Part shown: piece after piece, positions 13,001 to 28,000 of the stretch
Position numbering within the stretch: the stretch's first letter is position 1
Layout: each line of letters opens with the position of its first letter
Assembly (NCBI GenBank): GCA_040954595.2
Contig: CM082590.2
Location: 5,828,001-5,892,000 of the forward strand
DNA: 64,000 nucleotides
Direction of reading: 5' to 3'
From: Balanoglossus misakiensis
Taxonomy: Eukaryota > Animalia > Hemichordata
Program-made: the position numbers and the translations under genes
Notes under the pieces: generated by a model
Seen by the model: only the letters and a program-made list of their open reading frames with translations
Told to the model about the DNA's origin: nothing
Databases searched by the model: none

Positions 13001-16000
13001 ACGTTGTGGAGGTCAATGTCCCACAAGCTCAAAGCTTGTGGGGCGTAGCAACAGTAACCAAGGGGGGCGTGGCTTATGCCCGTAGAGTGGAACCATGAAT
13101 TGTTCTCGGCACTAGATGTATAATAATTAATCTTATACCACAAAAAAATTCATCTCTTGAAGAGCAATTACCACTACATAGTTCTTTGCATAAATAAGAG
13201 AGGCACCCCTACTGTCATTTGTATACACAGCAAATTCCTGCATGTTTACATAACTGGCTAACTATTAAAGAGACCAGCTGTTCTATTTGGTGTATGTACA
13301 GGACACCATTGGCAGCTTATGGGTCAGTCAGTGTTTGCCTGTTGATCTCTCTATGTGTGTGTAAGTCTGTCTGTATATGTACTCCGATGTAGACTTCTTC
13401 TGTGTCATCCCTAAATGGGACCACCGTGTCCTTGACGCGAATTTTTATAGAGTGACTGAAGCTCATTGTGATGAAATTCCTAGAGCTTCTTCAACAAGCA
13501 GTTGACTCACATTCCAAGTATCAGATTGGTGATGTCATTTTTATTCCAACTTTAAACGTCTTCATTCCAGGGGGGTTGGACAGCATTGTATGTAGCGTCC
13601 TGGGGAGGTAAATTGGATGCTATGAGAGAGTTGATTAGCCATGGTGCAGATGTCAATGCGAAGGCTGAGGTACGTGAACTGACTTGTTACTTCATGATGG
13701 ATAACATGGCTACATGCGTACTTACAACTTCATGACAACAGTAAAAACTTTTGATGATTATTTTATTGACAGTCAGAAGGAAATCATGAAACATTTATTT
13801 GTAGAGTCAAATTCTTTATCTTGCTGCTAGGAGTGTGTGAATATTCATTTCTTGTTGTTAACAAAAAATGAATATTAGATTGAGCAGTTGACACATTCCA
13901 AGTATCCGATTGGTGATGTCATTTTTATTCCAACTTTAAACGTCTTCATTCCAGAGGGGTTCCACAGCATTGCATTCAGCGTCCGAGGCAGGTCAATTGG
14001 ATGCTATGAGAGAGTTGATTAGCCATGGTGCAGATGTCAATGCGAAGGATGAGGTACGTGAACTGACTTATTACTTCATGATGGATAACATGGCTACACG
14101 TGTACTTACAACTTCATGGCCACAGTGGAAACTATGGATGATTATTTTATTGACAGTCAGATGGAAATCATGAAACATTTATTTGTAGAGTCAAATTCTT
14201 TATCTTGCTGCTAGGAGTGTGTGAATATTCATTTCTTGTTGTTAACAAGAAATGAATATTAGATTGAGCGGTTGACACATTTCAAGTATCAGATTGGTGA
14301 TGTCATTTTTATTCCAACTTTAAACATCTTCATTCCAGAGGGGTTCCACAGCATTGCAATTTGCAGCGTCCAGGGGAGGTCAATTGGATGCTGTCAGGGT
14401 GTTGATTAGCCATGGTGCAGATGTCAATGCGCAGGATAAGGTACGTGAACTGACTTATTAATTCACAGGGGTTTCACTTAAATATGAAGTAGAGGGCCAT
14501 AGTTGCAAAGTAGGGGGCCAATTATGCTGGGGCCGGGGACATGTTGACCTTTGACCCCCCCCCCCCCCCCCCAATTCATTCTACACACAAACACATACAC
14601 ACAAACTCATTTGAGTGTTTCAACCTTTTATTACAGCTCTAGTTATGTATCATGTTACAATACAGTCTTCAATCAAATTCAAAATCACTATCTGGGTCTG
14701 AGTCCTCTGATAACCCTAAAGCACTTGACACTTCTGTAACTTCATGTTGTATGGAAACACTTTCCTCCTCAGTCTTAACCTCAATATCAACCTGCACTGA
14801 AGCATCAGCATAAATGGCCCCATCTGGAGCCCCATCAGAGTCACTGTCTACACATGATGATGGTACATGCACCTGTACTTTTGTGCGGTATCTTCTACTT
14901 TTGGCTTGTTCCCACTGTTCTACAGCTGGAGATATTATCTGTTCTGCCTCAGCACTGGCAACTGGGGGACATGCATTATAGATTCTAACATTTCACTTGA
15001 CAGTCTACTTCTCAATCTAGTTTTGACATTCTTCAAAGTGCTTGCACCCCTTTCAGGCCAAGCATTACTCACAGGAACACAGAGTGCAGCTTCAGCTATT
15101 TTAGTTATCTCTGGGAAAAATGGGGTTAAGCTGTCACATCTCACTAACTCAGTCAAGAGCCACTGAGTTGGTGTAACAGTGCCTTTACATTCCTCAACAT
15201 CAGTAGGCATATTTGCCTTCATGTAATCTACATAGTAGTATTTAAGTTGTGTAAACTCATTCACTAATTTCTTTTACAGCAACTTCCTCATTTTGGTAAA
15301 AGTGATCAGCAAGTACTTTGATATGTGCTTCCCCATATGAACTAAAAGTTGCATTTTCTTTACTTGGCATACCCAATGGGTCAAAGACAGACAGTGCAGT
15401 GAGCACTGGAGATGACTCAGCAAACCTACTATCTATATTCTCTATGAGAGCACCAATGTACTTTCTCATCAGACTTTCAAGATCAAGCTTGCCACTGCCC
15501 TGGAAACATAGCTCAGAAGATATATTTGTGAATGAGTCAATATCAGACACAAACTTATTTATTGGCACATTATCACTGAGAATATGTTTCAGTTTATCTT
15601 TAGTTGCTGAAACCATGCTTGCAATGAGGGAGAAGTTAACTTGATCTCTTTGAAACACAAGAGACAGCTCTGACAAAATGGACAATACAGACTGCAATAT
15701 ATACAATGTGCCAACAAATTTAACCGACTTTATTTTCTTTAGCAGGCCACATGCAAGTGCATCATCTTCAAAGTCATTCAGAGTAAGGAGCAATGCCTCC
15801 AAATCCCTCAGAGTTGCCTCTACAGCTAGATTGAAACTCAATCACCTGGTGTTGCAAGCTTTTTTAAGTCTGTGCATGACAATTTTCTGACTCTTGTCAG
15901 AGGTTAACTTTATTTTTGCAAGCTTTTCTTGCATTTTCAGATATGCTGCTAACCTCTTTGGGGAATTTTCAAAGAACTGCCAAAACTGCCGAATTATTGT

Positions 16001-19000
16001 GGACACATCCTTCACATACTTTATGTTTGTATTACTGTCAGTACAAGCCAATGCCAACCTGTGGCAAACACAATGCACACTAATGATCAAATTATTGTCA
16101 GACTTCAATTTGCTTGCAACACCACTTCTACTGGCAACCATGACAGCAGCCCCATCTGTTGACAACCCCTTACAGCTTTTCACTGACAGATCATTAGATT
16201 CTATTTCTTTTTTCAGCAAGGAATTTATATTCATTATGGATAACGTGGCTACATGCGTACTTACAACTTCATGACCACAGTGGAAACTTTTGATGATTAT
16301 TTTATTGACAGTCAGATGGAAATCATGAAACATTTATTTGTAGAGTCAAATTCTTTCTCTTGCTGCTAGGAGTGTGTGAATATTCATTTCTTGTTGTTAA
16401 CAAGAAATGAATATTAGATTGAGCAGTTGACACATTCCAAGTATCCGATTTGTGATGTCATTTTTATTCCAACTTTAAACGTCTTCATTCCAGGGGGGTT
16501 GGACAGCATTGTATGTAGCGTCCTTTGCAGGTAAATTGGATGCTATGAGAGAGTTGATTAGCCATGGTGCAGATGTCAATGCGAAGGATGAGGTACGTGA
16601 ACTGACTTATTACTTCATTATGGATAACATGGCTACACGTGTACTTACAACTTCATGACCACAGTGGAAACTATAATGGATGATTCTTTTATTGACAGTC
16701 AGATGGAAATCATGAAACATTTATTTGTACCTGTAGTTAAATTCTTTCTCTTGCTACTAGGAGTGTGTGAATATTCATTTCTGGTTGTTAACAAGAAATG
16801 AATATTAGATTGAGCAGTTGACACATTCCAAGTATCCGATTGGTGATGTCATTTTTATTCCAACTTTAAATGTCTTCATTCCAGAGGGGTTCCACAGCAT
16901 TGCATTCAGCGTCCGAGGCAGGTCAATTGGATGCTATGAGAGAGTTGATTAGCCATGGTGCAGATGTCAATGCGAAGGATGTGGTACGTGAACTGACTTA
17001 TTACTTCATTATGGATAACATGGCTACACGTGTACTTACAACTTCATGACCACAGTGGAAACTATAATGGATGATTCTTTTATTGACAGTCAGATGGAAA
17101 TCATGAAACATTTATTTGTACCTGTAGTTAAATTCTTTCTCTTGCTACTAGGAGTGTGTGAATATTCATTTCTGGTTGTTAACAAGAAATGAATATTAGA
17201 TTGAGCAGTTGACACATTCCAAGTATCCGATTGGTGATGTCATTTTTATTCCAACTTTAAATGTCTTCATTCCAGATGGGTTCCACAGCATTGCATTCAG
17301 CGTCCGAGGCAGGTCAATTGGATGCTATGAGAGAGTTGATTAGCCATGGTGCAGATGTCAATGCGAAGGATGAGGTACATGAACTGACTTATTACTTCAT
17401 TATGGATAACATGGCTACATAAATGAATAATTTAAAAAAATGCCTTTTAAAAAGACCTAATTACAACACTATCTTATTTTCATCCAAAATTACTTTGCAT
17501 GATCCAAATTCAATGGGAAGAAACAAGCTAACCCCTGAACAAGAAGAGGAAAAATCCAAAAATTATTACCCGTACTGATTTAGTTTTACTGACCATGATA
17601 GCCTTGGGATCCAGCCATAGGAAGGACAGTAGGACACATTGTACTCTAAATTTAACTCTCTTTACAATTTGGCCAAAGAAGTTGACACAGTTTGTGCCCG
17701 AATGAATAAATATGTTCCAGAAATTAAATTTGTATGGATTTTTTTTGCATTTTGTGTTTTCAAGCCATCTCTGAAATTTTGCTGGCAATCTTTTTTTTTA
17801 ATCTTCCAGATCCCTCCCACCCCGAATATCAAATGGTCCACCCCTAACTAAGCTATGGAGACTAAAACATCCAATGTCAAAAACTATATCACCGATCAAA
17901 GTGTTTTCCTCACTGTTAGAATCAATTGAGATTCTTCACTGTCATACTTGAATCTGTATTCACTTTAACAGTCGGCAATTTTCATTTTGTTTGTGGAAGA
18001 ACTGTGGATTATCCTTTCTAATCAGTCAGTATGCCATTCTTGGTTGTTTTTGCAATATGGCTGATACTTTTGATAGTTTTATTTATTTATATGTTGGTTT
18101 ATATATTGTTTTTTTTTTTTTTTTTTTTTTAACTTTTTTATTGGGATCAAACAACGGTGAACAAATACATTAAACACAAAAAATTACACATTTCCAATTC
18201 CAAATATATGGTCAAGCAGTTACATAAGGTATTAGGGGTGACCATTTACCAATGTGTGCAGCAATTTTGGCATTAGCTCTCGCAATTTTTTCTTCACTTT
18301 TATATACATTTTTAAGCTGCATAATAAAGCTTGTGATGTCTAAAGACATGTTGTCTAGTTTACATCTATAAATATACATGCGCACTTGCAAAGCTATGAA
18401 ATTAACAACAATTTTCTCTTTAGGATCGCCAAAAATCATACATAGTTTCGAAGGTGGACAATTAAGTTTAAGTGGTCCCCCAAAAATAAAAAGTAAATTT
18501 CTCCAGAGGTCGGTGGTGCACTTACATGAGTAAAACAAATGTTCAAGAGACTCTATTTCAGTATTACACAAAGTACAATATGGAGATGGAAACTTCTGTG
18601 GATTAAACTTATTCAACTGTTTGTTTGTATAAAGAATGTTGTGGAGTAACTTAAAATGGAATACTCTGGACTTACTATCAATAGCTAATTTATATATAAG
18701 CTCGTACATTTGTTTCCACTTTAAATCAAACATATTTGTGGCTTTTTCTAAAGTTGCTTGACTTTTCGGTACATCAACAATTAAATCGATAATGTTTTTC
18801 TTCAGACATTTTTTTGTCAATGACTCCAAAATAAGAGTGTTGTTTATATTGTTTGTTTGTTTACACTTCACATTACATTTTTATATTTATTTGTTTGTTT
18901 TAAGAAACCTCTCATTACATTTCAAATTTTATGACATTGTTCTCATGCTCCTCCTTCATTACTTACAGAGAGGAGACACCCTTTTGCACTCTGCAGCAGG

Positions 19001-22000
19001 GTCTGACAATGAAGGCTGTGTCAGATTGTCATTGGAACACAAAGATGATGTGACCATACAAAACAAGGTAAATACCAACCTGGCTTCTGCAGGTTCATTC
19101 TATTAGTATAGAAACATTTGTTTGTTTGTTTTTTGTTTGTTTGTTTGTTTGTTTGTTTGTTTGTTTAGGAAACCTAACAGTATGTTTCAAATGTCATGAC
19201 ATTGTTCTCATTCTCCTCCTTCATTACTTACAGGATGGAAACACCCCTTTGCATCATGCAGCAGGGTCTCACAATGAAGGCGGTCTCAGATTGTTATTGG
19301 AACACAAAGCTGATGTGACCATTCAAAACAAGGTAAATACCAACCTGGCTTCTGCAGGTTAATTCTATTAGTTTAGAAAGATTGGTTTGTTTGTTTGTTT
19401 GTTTGTTTGTTTCTTTATTTATTTGTTTAGGAAACCTCACTTAACATTTCAAATTTTATGACATTGTTCTCATGCTCCTCCTCCATGACATACAGAAATA
19501 CTCACCAGAACGGTGTTGGCAAGAAATTACTCACAAGGAAACTGCTTCATAATAATGGATGACCACAGACAAGTTCTGTACCTCTGATAATGATACCAGT
19601 AACTTAGGTGCTCTATGCGAGTCAAAACACAGTATTTCACTCAAACAAACACTTTCTGAACATTAATGGTCATCAAAGTCATCTCTACTCTTTTGTCTAA
19701 ATAAAGATTTCCCATCCATGTAAATTTTCTGGTCTTATGCAGATCTTTACAAATTGATCCAAATCAGTTTTTCCCTCAAAACTGTCAAGATGAATAAAGG
19801 CACAATCTACTACCCATATTTTCTTTAAATTGTTCATCGTTATGAGGAAATTTATCTGTTGTCTGAAATTCAACATTCTGACATGATGGACGAAATACAC
19901 ACAATGCATTCATTGAATTCAACTCTATCATTTAAAGCTACTTTGACGTGGAGACATCCAACTCAAAAAATGATATAAGCATCCTAAGTACTGTTGAAAA
20001 AACTGGAGGTTAATTATCAATTCAGCGTTAATGTTGGTTGTATGTTTGGTTGCGCTGTTTATGCAGAACTTTTCTTGTTGTACCTCTTACATGATGTTGT
20101 CTGTTTTTGTTTCTTGGATAGGATGGCAACACAGCACTCCACATGGCAGCAATGGGCGAAGACTCTTTGAGGGATTATGGAAAAGTTGTGAAACTATTGT
20201 TGCAATATGGAGCTGATATTGACTGCAAAAACAAGGTACAATCTTCCACTTTTATATTTTATTCCATGACACTCTAGACCTACACCATGTGTTCTGATCA
20301 ACTCCTATTTTCTCAAGTAGTTAATCTTCATAATCTTTAAATTTTTAAATGGACAATTTTATCAAAGTCTTGAAAATGCCTGAACACTATTTTAACCAAG
20401 CACTCTTAAAACAGTATGAGTTTGCACAATGGTCTTCTTTCCAATTGCAGTTTTTGTGGTAAATTTTGTTGAGGATACAATGTATCTATTTGTCATTGTC
20501 CTTTGAATCAAAACTACTCCCTCTATAGGGTCAGGTGTTGTACAGGCAGGTGTTGACTCATGACGGTCGATGCCAATCCTATCTTTGAGACTTTCTATCT
20601 CCACTTTCAGTGATGTGGAGAGTATCAGATAGGGTGATTGTCTGTCGGCCTCCAGCATCTGCCAACTCCTGTCTGTCACCTAGTACAATTGATCATAAGG
20701 AGGTGCCATATAATTTGTCATTGTCCTTTGAATCAAAACTACTCCCTCTATCGGGTCAGGTGTTGTACAGGCAGGTGTTGAATCATGACGGTCGATGCCA
20801 ATCCTATCTTTGAGACTTTCTATCTCCAATTTCAGTGATGTGGAGATTATCAGATAGGGTGATTGTCTGTCGGCCTCCAGCATCTGCCAACTCCTGTCTG
20901 TCACCTAATACAATTGATCATAAGGAGGTGCCATATAATTTGTCATTGTCCTTTGAATCATGACGGTCGATGCCAATCCTATCTTTGAGACTTTCTATCT
21001 CCACTTTCAGTGATGTGGAGAGTATCAGATAGGGCGATTGTCTGTCAGCCTCCAGCATCTGCCAACTCCTGTCTGTCACCTAATACAATTGATCATAAGG
21101 AGGTGCCATATAATTTGTCATTGCCCATTGAATCAAAACTACTCCCTCTATAGGGTCAGGTGTTGTACAGGCAGGTGTTGAATCATGACGGTCGATGCCA
21201 ATCCTATCTTTGAGACTTTCTATCTCCGCTTTCAGTGATGTGGAGAGTATCAGATAGGGCGATTGTCTGTCGGCCTCCAGCATCTGCCAACTCCTGTCTG
21301 TCACCTAATACAATTGATCATAAGGAGGTGCAATATAATTTGTCATTGTCCTTTGAATCAAAACTACTCCCTCTATCGGGTCAGGTGTTGTACAGGCAGG
21401 TGTTGACTCATGACGGTCAATGCCAATCCTATCTTTGAGACTTTCTATCTCCGCTTTCAGTGATGTGGAGAGTATCAGATAGGGTGATTGTCTGTCGGCC
21501 TCCAGCATCTGCCAACTCCTGTCTGTCACCTAATACAATTGATCATAAGGAGGTGCCATATAATTTGTCATTGTCCTTTGAATCAAAACTACTCCCTCTA
21601 TCGGGTCAGGTGTTGTACAGGCAGGTGTTGACTCATGACGGTCGATGCCAATCCTATCTTTGAGACTTTCTATCTCCACTTTCAGTGATGTGGAGATTAT
21701 CAGATAGGGCGATTGTCTGTCGGCCTCCAGCATCTGCCAACTCCTGTCTGTCACCTAATACAATTGATCATAAGGAGGTGCCATATAATTTGTCTTTGTC
21801 CTTTGAATCAAAACTACTCCCTCTATAGGGTCAGGTGTTGTACAGGCAGGTGTTGACTCATGACGGTCGATGCCAATCCTATCTTTGAGACTTTCTATCT
21901 CCACTTTCAGTGATGTGGAGATTATCAGATAGGGCAATTGTCTGTCGGCCTCCAGCATCTGCCAACTCCTGTCTGTCACCTAATACAATTGATCATAAGG

Positions 22001-25000
22001 AGGTGCCATATAATTTGTCATTGTCCTTTGAATCAAAACTACTCCCTCTATAGGGTCAGGTGTTGTACAGACAGGTGTTGACTCATGACGGTCGATGCCA
22101 ATCCTATCTTTGAGACTTTCTATCTCCACTTTCAGTGATGTGGAGAGTATCAGATAGGGCAATTGTCTGTCAGCCTCCAGCATCTGCCAACTCCTGTCTG
22201 TCACCTAATACAATTGATCATAAGGAGGTGCCATATAATTTGTCTTTGTCCTTTGAATCAAAACTACTCCGTCTATAGGGTCAGGTGTTGTACAGGCAGG
22301 TGTTGACTCATGACGGTCGATGCCAATCCTATCTTTGAGACTTTCTATCTCTGCTTTCAGTGATGTGGAGATTATCAGATAGGGCGATTGTCTGTCGGCC
22401 TCCAGCATCTGCCAACTCCTGTCTGTCACTTAATACAATTGATCATAAGGAGGTGCCATATAATTTGTCATTGTCCTTTGAATCAAAACTACTCCCTCTA
22501 TAGGGTCAGGTGTTGTACAGGCAGGTGTTGACTCATGACAGTCGATGCCAATCCTATCTTTGAGACTTTCTATCTCCGCTTTCAGTGATGTGGAGATTAT
22601 CAGATAGGGCGATTGTCTGTCGGCCTCCAGCATCTGCCAACTCCTGTCTGTCACCTAATACAATTGATCATAAGGAGGTGCCATATAATTTGTCATTGTC
22701 CTTTGAATCAAAACTACTCCGTCTATAGGGTCAGGTGTTGTACAGGCAGGTGTTGAATCATGACGGTCGATGCCAATCCTATCTTTAAGACTTTCTATCT
22801 CCAATTTCAGTGATGTGGAGATTATCAGATAGGGTGATTGTCTGTCGGCCTCCAGCATCTGCCAACTCCTGTCTGTCACCTAATACAATTGATCATAAGG
22901 AGGTGCCATATAATTTGTCATTGTCCTTTGAATCATGACGGTCGATGCCAATCCTATCTTTGAGACTTTCTATCTCCACTTTCAGTGATGTGGAGAGTAT
23001 CAGATAGGGCGATTGTCTGTCAGTCTCCAGCATCTGCCAACTCCTGTCTGTCACCTAATACAATTGATCATAAGGAGGTGCCATATAATTTGTCATTGTC
23101 CTTTGAATCAAAACTACTCCCTCTATAGGGTCAGGTGTTGTACAGGCAGGTGTTGAATCATGACGGTCGATGCCAATCCTATCTTTGAGACTTTCTATCT
23201 CCGCTTTCAGTGATGTGGAGAGTATCAGATAGGGCGATTGTCTGTCGGCCTCCAGCATCTGCCAACTCCTGTCTGTCACCTAATACAATTGATCATAAGG
23301 AGGTGCAATATAATTTGTCATTGTCCTTTGAATCAAAACTACTCCCTCTATCGGGTCAGGTGTTGTACAGGCAGGTGTTGACTCATGACGGTCAATGCCA
23401 ATCCTATCTTTGAGACTTTCTATCTCCGCTTTCAGTGATGTGGAGATTATCAGATAGGGTGATTGTCTGTCGGCCTCCAGCATCTGCCAACTCCTGTCTG
23501 TCACCTAATACAATTGATCATAAGGAGGTGCAATATAATTTGTCATTGTCCTTTGAATCAAAACTACTCCCTCTATAGGGTCAGGTGTTGTACAGACAGG
23601 TGTTGACTCATGACGGTCGATGCCAATCCTATCTTTGAGACTTTCTATCTCCACTTTCAGTGATGTGGAGAGTATCAGATAGGACAATTGTCTGTCAGCC
23701 TCCAGCATCTGCCAACTCCTGTCTGTCACCTAATACAATTGATCATAAGGAGGTGCCATATAATTTGTCTTTGTCCTTTGAATCAAAACTACTCCGTCTA
23801 TAGGGTCAGGTGTTGTACAGGCAGGTGTTGACTCATGACGGTCGATGCCAATCCTATCTTTGAGACTTTCTATCTCCGCTTTCAGTGATGTGGAGATTAT
23901 CAGATAGGGCGATTGTCTGTCGGCCTCCAGCATCTGCCAACTCCTGTCTGTCACCTAATACAATTGATCATAAGGAGGTGCCATATAATTTGTCTTTGTC
24001 CTTTGAATCAAAACTACTCCGTCTATAGGGTCAGGTGTTGTACAGGCAGGTGTTGACTCATGACGGTCAATGCCAATCCTATCTTTGAGACTTTCTATCT
24101 CCGCTTTCAGTGATGTGGAGATTATCAGATAGGGCGATTGTCTGTCGGCCTCCAGCATCTGCCAACTCCTGTCTGTCACCTAATACAATTGATCATAAGG
24201 AGGTGCCATATAATTTGTCATTGTCCTTTGAATCAAAACTACTCCCTCTATAGGGTCAGGTGTTGTACAGGCAGGTGTTGACTCATGACGGTCGATGCCA
24301 ATCCTATCTTTGAGACTTTCTATCTCCACTTTCAGTGATGTGGAGAGTATCAGATAGGGCGATTGTCTGTCGGCCTCCAGCATCTGCCAACTCCTGTCTG
24401 TCACCTAATACAATTGATCATAAGGAGGTGCCATATAATTTGTCATTGTCCTTTGAATCAAAACTACTCCCTCTATAGGGTCAGGTGTTGTACAGGCAGG
24501 TGTTGACTCATGACGGTCGATGCCAATCCTATCTTTGAGACTTTCTATCTCCACTTTCAGTGATGTGGAGAGTATCAGATAGGGCGATTGTCTGTCGGCC
24601 TCCAGCATCTGCCAACTCCTGTCTGTCACCTAATACAATTGATCATAAGGAGGTGCCATATAATTTGTCTTTGTCCTTTGAATCAAAACTACTCCGTCTA
24701 TAGGGTCAGGTGTTGTACAGGCAGGTGTTGACTCATGACGGTCAATGCCAATCCTATCTTTGAGACTTTCTATCTCCGCTTTCAGTGATGTGGAGATTAT
24801 CAGATAGGGCGATTGTCTGTCGGCCTCCAGCATCTGCCAACTCCTGTCTGTCACCTAATACAATTGATCATAAGGAGGTGCCATATAATTTGTCATTGTC
24901 CTTTGAATCAAAACTACTCCCTCTATAGGGTCAGGTGTTGTACAGGCAGGTGTTGACTCATGACGGTCGATGCCAATCCTATCTTTGAGACTTTCTATCT

Positions 25001-28000
25001 CCACTTTCAGTGATGTGGAGAGTATCAGATAGGGCGATTGTCTGTCGGCCTCCAGCATCTGCCAACTCCTGTCTGTCACCTAATACAATTGATCATAAGG
25101 AGGTGCCATATAATTTGTCATTGTCCTTTGAATCAAAACTACTCCCTCTATCGGGTCAGGTGTTGTACAGGCAGGTGTTGACTGATGACGGTCGATGCCA
25201 ATCCTATCTTTGAGACTTTCTATCTCCACTTTCAGTGATGTGGAGAGTATCAGATAGGGCGATTGTCTGTCGGCCTCCAGCATCTGCCAACTCCTGTCTG
25301 TCATCTAATACAATTGATCATAAGGAGGTGCCATATAATTTGTCATTGTCCTTTGAATCAAAACTACTCCCTCTATCGGGTCAGGTGTTGTACAGGCAGG
25401 TGTTGACTCATGACGGTCGATGCCAATCCTATCTTTGAGACTTTCTATCTCCGCTTTCAGTGATGTGGAGATTATCAGATAGGGTGATTGTCTGTCGGCC
25501 TCTAGCATCTGCCAACTCCTGTCTGTCATCTAATACAATTGATCATAAGGAGGTGCCATATAATTTGTCATTGTCCTTTGAATCAAAACTACTCCCTCTA
25601 TAGGGTCAGGTGTTGTACAGGCAGGTGTTGACTCATGACGGTCGATGCCAATCCTATCTTTGAGACTTTCTATCTCCACTTTCAGTGATGTGGAGCGTAT
25701 CAGATAGGGCGATTGTCTGTCGGCCTCCAGCATCTGCCAACTCCTGTCTGTCACCTAATACAATTGATCATAAGGAGGTGCCATATAATTTGTCTTTGTC
25801 CTTTGAATCAAAACTACTCCGTCTATAGGGTCAGGTGTTGTACAGGCAGGTGTTGACTCATGACGGTCAATGCCAATCCTATCTTTGAGACTTTCTATCT
25901 CCGCTTTCAGTGATGTGGAGATTATCAGATAGGGCGATTGTCTGTCGGCCTCCAGCATCTGCCAACTCCTGTCTGTCACCTAATACAATTGATCATAAGG
26001 AGGTGCCATATAATTTGTCATTGTCCTTTGAATCAAAACTACTCCCTCTATAGGGTCAGGTGTTGTACAGGCAGGTGTTGACTCATGACGGTCGATGCCA
26101 ATCCTATCTTTGAGACTTTCTATCTCCACTTTCAGTGATGTGGAGAGTATCAGATAGGGCGATTGTCTGTCGGCCTCCAGCATCTGCCAACTCCTGTCTG
26201 TCACCTAATACAATTGATCATAAGGAGGTGCCATATAATTTGTCATTGTCCTTTGAATCAAAACTACTCCCTCTATAGGGTCAGGTGTTGTACAGGCAGG
26301 TGTTGACTCATGACGGTCGATGCCAATCCTATCTTTGAGACTTTCTATCTCCACTTTCAGTGATGTGGAGAGTATCAGATAGGGCGATTGTCTGTCGGCC
26401 TCCAGCATCTGCCAACTCCTGTCTGTCACCTAATACAATTGATCATAAGGAGGTGCCATATAATTTGTCTTTGTCCTTTGAATCAAAACTACTCCGTCTA
26501 TAGGGTCAGGTGTTGTACAGGCAGGTGTTGACTCATGACGGTCAATGCCAATCCTATCTTTGAGACTTTCTATCTCCGCTTTCAGTGATGTGGAGATTAT
26601 CAGATAGGGCGATTGTCTGTCGGCCTCCAGCATCTGCCAACTCCTGTCTGTCACCTAATACAATTGATCATAAGGAGGTGCCATATAATTTGTCATTGTC
26701 CTTTGAATCAAAACTACTCCCTCTATAGGGTCAGGTGTTGTACAGGCAGGTGTTGACTCATGACGGTCGATGCCAATCCTATCTTTGAGACTTTCTATCT
26801 CCACTTTCAGTGATGTGGAGAGTATCAGATAGGGCAATTGTCTGTCGGCCTCCAGCATCTGCCAACTCCTGTCTGTCACCTAATACAATTGATCATAAGG
26901 AGGTGCCATATAATTTGTCATTGTCCTTTGAATCAAAACTACTCCCTCTATCGGGTCAGGTGTTGTACAGGCAGGTGTTGACTGATGACGGTCGATGCCA
27001 ATCCTATCTTTGAGACTTTCTATCTCCACTTTCAGTGATGTGGAGAGTATCAGATAGGGCGATTGTCTGTCGGCCTCCAGCATCTGCCAACTCCTGTCTG
27101 TCACCTAATACAATTGATCATAAGGAGGTGCCATATAATTTGTCATTGTCCTTTGAATCAAAACTACTCCCTCTATCGGGTCAGGTGTTGTACAGGCAGG
27201 TGTTGACTGATGACGGTCGATGCCAATCCTATCTTTGAGACTTTCTATCTCCACTTTCAGTGATGTGGAGAGTATCAGATAGGGCGATTGTCTGTCGGCC
27301 TCCAGCATCTGCCAACTCCTGTCTGTCATCTAATACAATTGATCATAAGGAGGTGCCATATAATTTGTCATTGTCCTTTGAATCAAAACTACTCCCTCTA
27401 TCGGGTCAGGTGTTGTACAGGCAGGTGTTGACTCATGACGGTCGATGCCAATCCTATCTTTGAGACTTTCTATCTCCGCTTTCAGTGATGTGGAGATTAT
27501 CAGATAGGGTGATTGTCTGTCGGCCTCTAGCATCTGCCAACTCCTGTCTGTCATCTAATACAATTGATCATAAGGAGGTGCCATATAATTTGTCATTGTC
27601 CTTTGAATCAAAACTACTCCCTCTATAGGGTCAGGTGTTGTACAGGCAGGTGTTGACTCATGACGGTCGATGCCAATCCTATCTTTGAGACTTTCTATCT
27701 CCACTTTCAGTGATGTGGAGCGTATCAGATAGGGCGATTGTCTGTCGGCCTCCAGCATCTGCCAACTCCTGTCTGTCATCTAATACATGTACAATTGATC
27801 ATAAGGAGGTGCCATATAATTTCTCATTGTCCTTTGAATCAAAACTACTCCCTCTATCGGGTCAGGTGTTGTACAGGCAGGTGTTGAATCATGACAGTCG
27901 ATGCCAATCCTATCTTTGAGACTTTCTATCTCCGCTTTCAGTGATGTGGAGATTATCAGATAGGGCGATTGTCTGTCGGCCTCCAGCATCTGCCAACACC

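Larger units (their letters stand above)
7579..13098. mobile_element. ISL2EU-type (PIF/Harbinger-IS5 related) DNA transposon, ~5.5 kb, in intron 2 of the ROCO gene
   Basis: Terminal inverted repeat TCATGGTTCCAC (7579-7590) / GTGGAACCATGA (13087-13098) flanked by AT on both sides. It encodes a THAP+DDE_Tnp_4 transposase and a YqaJ nuclease, the known ISL2EU gene pair. Confidence 0.85.
7155..13128 (+). repeat. Long-hairpin element (palindrome ~7160-7292) split by the ISL2EU insertion
   Basis: Palindrome centred on GCGTAGC; inverted pair ATTATTATACATCT (~7292) / AGATGTATAATAAT (~13114) brackets the transposon. Confidence 0.65.

Noticed and set aside
15842-16333. N-terminal part of the 163-aa ORF as transposase
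   Set aside because: Sequence beyond ~16229 is the ankyrin-cassette intron read on the opposite strand.
25175-25260. Hammerhead ribozyme/retrozyme in the 225-bp unit
   Set aside because: CTGATGA appears in only three variant copies and there is no GAAA on that strand. The minus-strand CTGATA..stem..GAAA lacks the conserved G8-A9 core.
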